Shown here: in pieces, positions 58,118 through 64,000 of the stretch | Layout: each line of letters starts with the position of its first letter | How positions within the stretch are numbered: the first letter of the stretch is position 1 | Assembly (NCBI RefSeq): GCF_032191835.1 | Contig: NC_083233.1 | Span: forward strand, 4,278,001 to 4,342,000 | DNA: 64,000 nt | Source: Heteronotia binoei | Taxonomy: Eukaryota | Reading direction: 5' to 3' | Translations under genes and position numbers: made by a program | The notes under the pieces: model-generated | Databases searched by the model: none | Seen by the model: the letters and a program-made list of their open reading frames with translations, nothing else | What the model was told of the DNA's origin: nothing

Positions 58118-58656
58118 TTGTTATTGTGCAGTCGCACAGTCGAGTCCGACTCTTTGCGACCCCATGGACCAAGTCACGCCAGGCCCTCCTGCCTTCCACC
58201 ATCCTCCGAAGTCCACTCAAATTCTTGTTTGTTACATCACTAACGCTGTCCAGCCATCTCCTCTTCTTTTGCCTTGTTTTTCCCAGCATCAGGATCTTAT
58301 CCAGTGAGCACTCCCTTCTCATTTGGTGGCTAAAGTATTTGAGCTTGTTTCAGCATCTGACCTTCCAGTGAACAGTCTGGGTTGATTTCCCTTAAGACTC
58401 ACTGATTTGATCTTCTTGCAGTCCAAGGGACTCTCAAGAGTCTTCTCCAGCAGCACATCTCAGAAGCATCTATTCTTCTGCGCTCGGCCTTCCTTATGGT
58501 CCAGCTCTCACAGCCATACATTACTACTGGGAATACCATCACTTTAACTATACGGACTTTTGTTGGCAGGGTGATGTCTCTACTTTTTATTATACTACCC
58601 AGGTTCACCATAGCTGTTCTCCCAAGGAGCAAATGTCTTTTAATTTCATGGCTACA
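58118..58656 (-). mobile_element. RTE-BovB LINE 3' fragment
   Basis: Minus strand SRDITLPTKVRIVKVMVFPVVMYGCESWTIRKAERRRIDASEMCCWRRLLRVPWTARRSNQ; GTCCGACTCTTTGCGACCCCATGGAC end. Confidence 0.92.
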
Positions 58657-58749
58657 TGAAATTAAATAAATTAAATAATGAAATTAAATACAGCCTTATT
58701 ACCTTTCTTTAAAGCTTTCCTGAACTATTTCATTTGGATCATGGGAGCC

Positions 58750-58990
58750 TCCTTAGCCTTCCCACAAAAGGCCCTGAACAGGTGAGCCAAGCTGTTGTGA
58801 CAGGACACAGGAAGAGGAGTGGTCCTGTATTTATCAGGGTCCAAAACCCTGCAGGGCCTTGTGTGAGAGTCCCTGGCACTGAATCTGGGTGGCAGCCAGT
58901 GGAGTGGATGCAGAGCAGGTGTGATGTGTGTGCCCCCCCCCAATATGGGGTGTGATAATAACCAAGCTGAGGCGTTCTGTTCCACGGACT
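58750..58990 (-). mobile_element. Old L2 RT C-terminal fragment
   Basis: VEQNASAWLL..HITPALHPLHWLP. Confidence 0.7.
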
Positions 58991-59920
58991 CCTTCAAAGC
59001 AAGGGGTCAGTCCGAGTAGCTGGAGGTCAGCTCCAAGCTTCTAAAGAGGAAACCGAGCCCAGCTCAGAGAGCAGAGAAGCACGCTAGCCCTGCAGAATGG
59101 CTGAACAAGCCAGGCTCTCCATTGTGCCCAGGACTTGAAGATCCTGGAGAACAAGAGGCCTCACCTGTTCTTCGGTGTCATCTGGCCAGGGCTTGATTGA
59201 TCCCTATTCTGCAAAGCACTCTGGGAATGTAGGCAATAATCTAGTTCAGTAGCTGGAGCATGGGCTGTGCCTGCCTGGCTCTTTAATACCACTCAGCTAC
59301 AGATACCTGAGGTCTGGACATTCAAGGCGGGGGAGTGGCTGCCCTGGGGTCTGACCCATTGGCAGCAGCATCTGGATCTAAGCCTTCAGGGGCAGTTTTT
59401 AGGAGACCCGGGTCTGGTGGGGGGTCTTCTGACCCTCCATATCTCACCCTAGAATGTTCTCTGCCTCTTCCTCAGTCTGGGGAGCGTGTCCTGGAGTCTG
59501 GCACAGAAGGGGCTACACAGCGATCACGCAGGAGTCTCGTGATAAAACATGGCCCTCCAGGGAGGCTCAGCTGCCATCTCCTGGATTTCCACATGGTGGT
59601 CCGCTCTCCATCTTTGCCCTGTCCCATCAGCAGCAGAAACAGGGAAATGCAGAAGAGATATAAGCAAATTTACTTGCTTTGGATCAAATTTACTTGTTTT
59701 GAATCAAAGGATTTTGCTTTAAACACAGAATCTGGTGGAATATTTGTATTATTTCAAAGTGTTTATGACCTTTGCTACAAGAATAGGAATGTTTCTGCAG
59801 CTTGTATTTATTTAGTAATTGAAATATTTATGCCCTGTCTTTCCTCTTGACTGCAGGCGGTTCTAGCAACACAAGGCCGATTGTTGCCCACTCATTGTTT
59901 CCTCTCTTTTTTTAAAAAAG

Positions 59921-60037
59921 GTAAACAGAAGTACCTCTGTGCCAGCCGCAATGACTGCACCATTGACAAGTTCAGAAGGAAAAACTGCCCTTCCTGCCGT
60001 CTTCGGAAATGCTATGAAGCAGGGATGACACTTGGAG
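59921..60037 (+). CDS. AR: Androgen receptor exon 3 (DNA-binding domain zinc finger 2)
   Basis: (G)[38 protein letters not shown]; 117 bp as in human exon 3; acceptor ..aaaaaag| and donor |gtaaaa. Confidence 0.98.
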
Positions 60038-61261
60038 GTAAAAGTGCGGCACCGGCAAGCTTGGCTTCTTTTGGGGAAGCGTTTTTGCTCTTGAGGTGTC
60101 CTGCAGCTGGAGAAGGCCGTCATTGGGCAGGCTGCTCGATGTTGTCTCCGTTGGTGCTGGAGCCCTTGTCAAAGAACCTTTGTGGGCTCCCAGGGCAAAA
60201 GCACACAAGAACCAGACTGCTGTTCTAAAAAATAATTAATAAGGGTTTTTTTAACGAAATATTAATTAAAAAATATTTCCAACACGTTACTCTGAAATCA
60301 ATAACAAATCTAGCTCCAACTACCTAGCAGTCAAAAGAACTATGTTAAGCAGCACAAACTTTAGGTTCGGTAGGAAGACCTCAGTTCAGTGTGGTCTTCG
60401 TCTCTAGTAATTGCAAACAATCGTTGCGACCTATAGGCCATGAAAATCTCACTTTGCCTTTAGTAATCCAGGCCATAGTCCACATGATAGTTTCTGGCCA
60501 TGCACATCAGGTGATGATGAGATCCAGTCAACGAACTCCCTGGAGAATTGCTTCATCCCTCTCAGCCTCCCCCCCCATCACAGATCTCGAGTTCCCCTGA
60601 GAATCCAAGCACCTAGCTTCCATCCACAGCCTTGAAGAAGGGAAGAGAGATGCAGGCCGAAATGAAATAACAGCACCTGCAGGACAGCTCAGGCCCCAGA
60701 GCATCCATAGGAACCCTTAGGGGGCAACAGAGAGGAGGGGAGATGCTTTGCCTGCCCTGGGCAGCCATTCCCAACAGCCCTGGAGGGCAGCTGCAAAGGG
60801 CAGGCCTGCAGGAAACTGTGGGAGAGGGACAATCCAATCTCACCTACCCCCCCTCTCTGCCCCTTCACCTCCATTCCCCCCCCCACACACACACTCTTTC
60901 TCTCTCTCCCCTCCACTTTGCTCTCACTGCTGCCACCCTCTCCTCCTTTCTCCACCCTGCCTCCATCAGGGGGCCCTCCTCCAGTCACTCTTTCTTTCTC
61001 CCTCACCCTGGTCTGATCTTACCATTTAAAAAATGCCTGCTTATAATGCCAGCTCTCATCCCCACAAGATCTGTCGGCATCTTTTTGTTTGAGTTGTGAT
61101 GTCTATGCAAGTACACACACAGTGCACCTCTAGTTTGTTTATTGGGGGGGGGGGTTTAAAAAAAGTTTGAAAACTGTTCTGATTTTTCTGCTAACACTGA
61201 GGTTCCCCTGTGCTTATAGAAACATCTCTCCACCTGTTTATGGCCCCACTGTGGGGCATTT

Positions 61262-61491
61262 TTAAGAAGAAGATATTGGATTTATATCCCACCCTATACT
61301 CTGAATTTCAGAGTCTCAGAGCGGTCACAATCTCCTTTTCCTCCCCCCCCCCCCCCCACAACAGACACCCTGTGAGGTGCGTGGGGTTGAGAGAGCTCTT
61401 ACAGCAGCTGCTCTTTCAAGAACAACTCCTGCAAGAGCTATGACTGACCCAAGGCCATTCCAGCAGCTGCAAGTGGAGGAGTTCTCCCAGA
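61262..61491 (-). mobile_element. Squam3-like SINE in AR intron 3
   Basis: AAGAAGAAGATATTGGATTTATATCCC..ACAACAGACACCCTGTGAGG..CAAGGCCATTCCAGCAG. Confidence 0.85.
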
Positions 61492-62276
61492 TCCCAGGTC
61501 CACTCTGAGACCACATTCAGAATTAATATAAAGATCCCTTCCTTTGAGAAGCTTGAATGTCCTGACTGAAGTGGCAGTTTTGGGGCAGAGTCAATATATG
61601 GCCAGTTTTGTCCAAATAACTTGTTGGTTCTGAAGGCAGCCCACAGCATAGGAAATAGCAATGACTGTATTTATTGGCCATCTTTTCCCAGCTTGGTTTA
61701 TACTGAGTACACAGCCCTACTTTAGACTACTTTTCCGTGTCTCTTGTCTTCTCTGACTAGCCAGGGGTGCCTCAGTTCTTTGGCAGAGAGACCTTTCCCA
61801 GCCCTGTTCCCTGGAGACATTTACCTGGAGATGTCAGAGATCTGGGACCTGTTGCATACAAAACCAGGGCACTGCCCCCTAGTCCTTCCTGTGTGCCCAG
61901 TGCCCTTTAGTCTACTAGAGCAGTAGGCCTCTGAGGCCTGCAAAGGATTGGGGAAATTGTCTAAAAGTAGCTTAGCTGGAAGAACCAGCCTGCTGGAGCT
62001 CTTTGATACATTTATGGGTTTTAATGATGCCACTGAAGTTTGCCCTTCATGTGCTGAGCATGCCTGCCATTGCTTCCTGTGTAGTTGCTCCAGCTCTGTG
62101 GAAGAACTGGGGGAGACAAAGGCCCTGCTTTTTTTCATAGTTCCTTTTGAATTCTGCAGCACCATAAGAGACCTGCAAGACCTTCAGGGCATCAGCTTCC
62201 AAGTGTCAGAGCTCCCTTCATCAGACATGCGTGGGAATGGAGATATCTGCATTTAGGGTCTCCTCTCACCACCAGT

Positions 62277-62478
62277 AAGGGTTGCCAGATCCAGGTTGGG
62301 AAACTCCTGGAGATTTGGGGGTGGAGCCTGGGGATGGCAGGGACCTCAGAGGGCTACAGTGCCACAGAGTCCACCCTCCAAAGCATCCCTTTTCTCCAGG
62401 CCAACTGATCTCTCTAGTTTGGGGGTGAGCTGTAATTCTGGGGGATCCCCAGGTCCCACCTGGAGGCTGGCAACCCTT
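62277..62478. mobile_element. Short hAT-Blackjack-like MITE
   Basis: Perfect TIR AAGGGTTGCCA / TGGCAACCCTT; no TSD seen. Confidence 0.8.
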
Positions 62479-64000
62479 GATTGCTTCTGTAGTCTGCTGG
62501 CCCTTAAGGGCAGGACTCTATTTCAGGTGGTGTTTGTACGGCTTCTGCTGGCTCTTTGAACAGTTTGGTGTTTTCAGCTTCCTGTGTTCCACCCAGTCTT
62601 TATTCTGTTATCCTCCTTAAGCCCTATATAAACATGTTAAGTAGGCACTGTTTGCTTCTCCAAACCCCAGAGAAACCATCTCTGGCTCAGACAGCACATG
62701 AGCCAGCCAGCCAGCCAGCCAGCCAGAGAAGGGTTCTGCCTCCCCCCACCCCGTTGCCAAATTACCTGCTTCTGTGCTGATTGGTGGCGCCACGCTGGCT
62801 AGCTTGGCAGGAGGTTGGCAGAGTCCTCGTCCTGGCACCTCACCTGTTCCCTCATCAGCTGAAGCACCCCAGTGCATATTGGGAAATGAAGCTCTGGAAA
62901 CTACATTTCCCAGAAGGGATTCTTCAGTCAGTGGCAGAACAGGGGAAACAGGGAGAGATGAAAGGAGAAAAATTCTTTCTTCTTCTGAGTCAGCATTTGT
63001 GGCTGCAGCCACAGTGCAGGAAGTAGACTGGCTTGCAGCCAGGGTCTGTAGGAACTCCTCCAGGGGGCTGCCATGGCATTCCAGGCTGCTCCGGAGTGCC
63101 TGCAGTAAGGTTTCGATGAACCCCCAACATATCAGCACAAAGCTGCCTTTACCTAAGCCGGATTGATCTCAGACACGCAGCAGGGCCTTGCTTGGATTTA
63201 TTCCTGGTGTAAGGACAGGTGGGAAAAGGCAGCAACTCCAAATCATCTGCATCCCAAACTTGGACAGAAAGGCAATTTTAAGACTGACCAGAATTCCCCG
63301 GGTCTGAGCAAATGATGGAAAGTGCAACGTGGTCTTTAATTGAAGTGCCCCTACAGAGATTTTGCAGTCCCTCTTTGTACAGCGGTGGTTTCTGATTCCC
63401 CGTAGAAAGAGAGCCATAAAGATGAGGTTTTTAAAAAGATTAATGAAATAATTACACAATCCACAGAACAGAGACAGAACTCCTTTTCTTTCTACCTGCC
63501 CCCACCGACCAAAAAATTGGGGGGCAGGCACAGCCCAGCTGGGGAGACCCGAATGGAAGAATTGAGCTGGGAAGGGCATGAGGAGCAACAGGGAAACCAG
63601 GGCCGCCTTACACTTTCCTGGCATTCTGGGTTCTCTGGTGGGGCATTTCTTCTCTGGCTCACCAGAACTGCTGATCCCACTGAGTTCCCTCACACACACA
63701 AGCAGAGTCTCCAGGAATTCCCCACCCAGAGTTGGCAACCCCTTCCCTCCAGGAGTTGGCAATCCTGGCATATTGTCATGTAGAGTTCCAGGGAAACTCG
63801 TCTCTGCAGCTGGGAAATCAGTTATAATTCTGGGAGATCTCCAGGCCTCCACCTGGAGGGTGGCAACCACATTCCAAAGCAGTTGGTTGCCCAGACTTTG
63901 GTCTTCCTTTCCCAGCCAGGAAGCTCTTTAGAAGCCAGAAAATGGACCCTGATGAGGCCATCCTCTGTTTCCTTTTTCATCGCCAGCTCTAATGAGGGCT

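Larger units (their letters stand above)
5811..59920 (+). other. AR: AR intron 2 (54,110 bp, phase 1)
   Basis: GT at 5811 and AG at 59919-59920 join G|GT (Gly) between zinc fingers 1 and 2. Confidence 0.93.

Overview
Vertebrate (squamate, most likely gecko, judged from Squam/Sauria-type SINEs) genomic DNA inside the androgen receptor (AR) gene on the + strand. The window holds the end of intron 1, exon 2 (5659-5810, zinc finger 1), the whole ~54.1 kb intron 2, exon 3 (59921-60037, zinc finger 2) and the start of intron 3. Intron 1 ends with an apparently intact DIRS1-type tyrosine-recombinase retrotransposon (gag, overlapping RT/RNaseH/MTase and YR ORFs, ICR and right terminal repeat). Intron 2 is a mosaic of CR1, L2 and BovB LINE fragments, tRNA- and 5S-derived SINEs, hAT MITEs with 8-bp TSDs, Penelope termini with hammerhead-like cores, a Gmr1-type (INT before RT) Gypsy relic, a composite minisatellite, and a Tf1/sushi-type Gypsy element. 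Most notable: (i) the DIRS gag stop sits in CTT-TGA-C, where readthrough enters the YR frame and a +1 shift enters the ATG-less RT frame; (ii) the sushi-like element shows an exact 11-nt self-priming PBS and a PEG10-like GGGAAAC -1 site, interrupted by a sibling solo LTR with a different predicted self-primer; (iii) splice signals that could yield AR isoforms with altered DNA-binding domains. Repeat family names come from motif recognition, not database search, and boundaries without TSDs are approximate. Two N-gaps are present.
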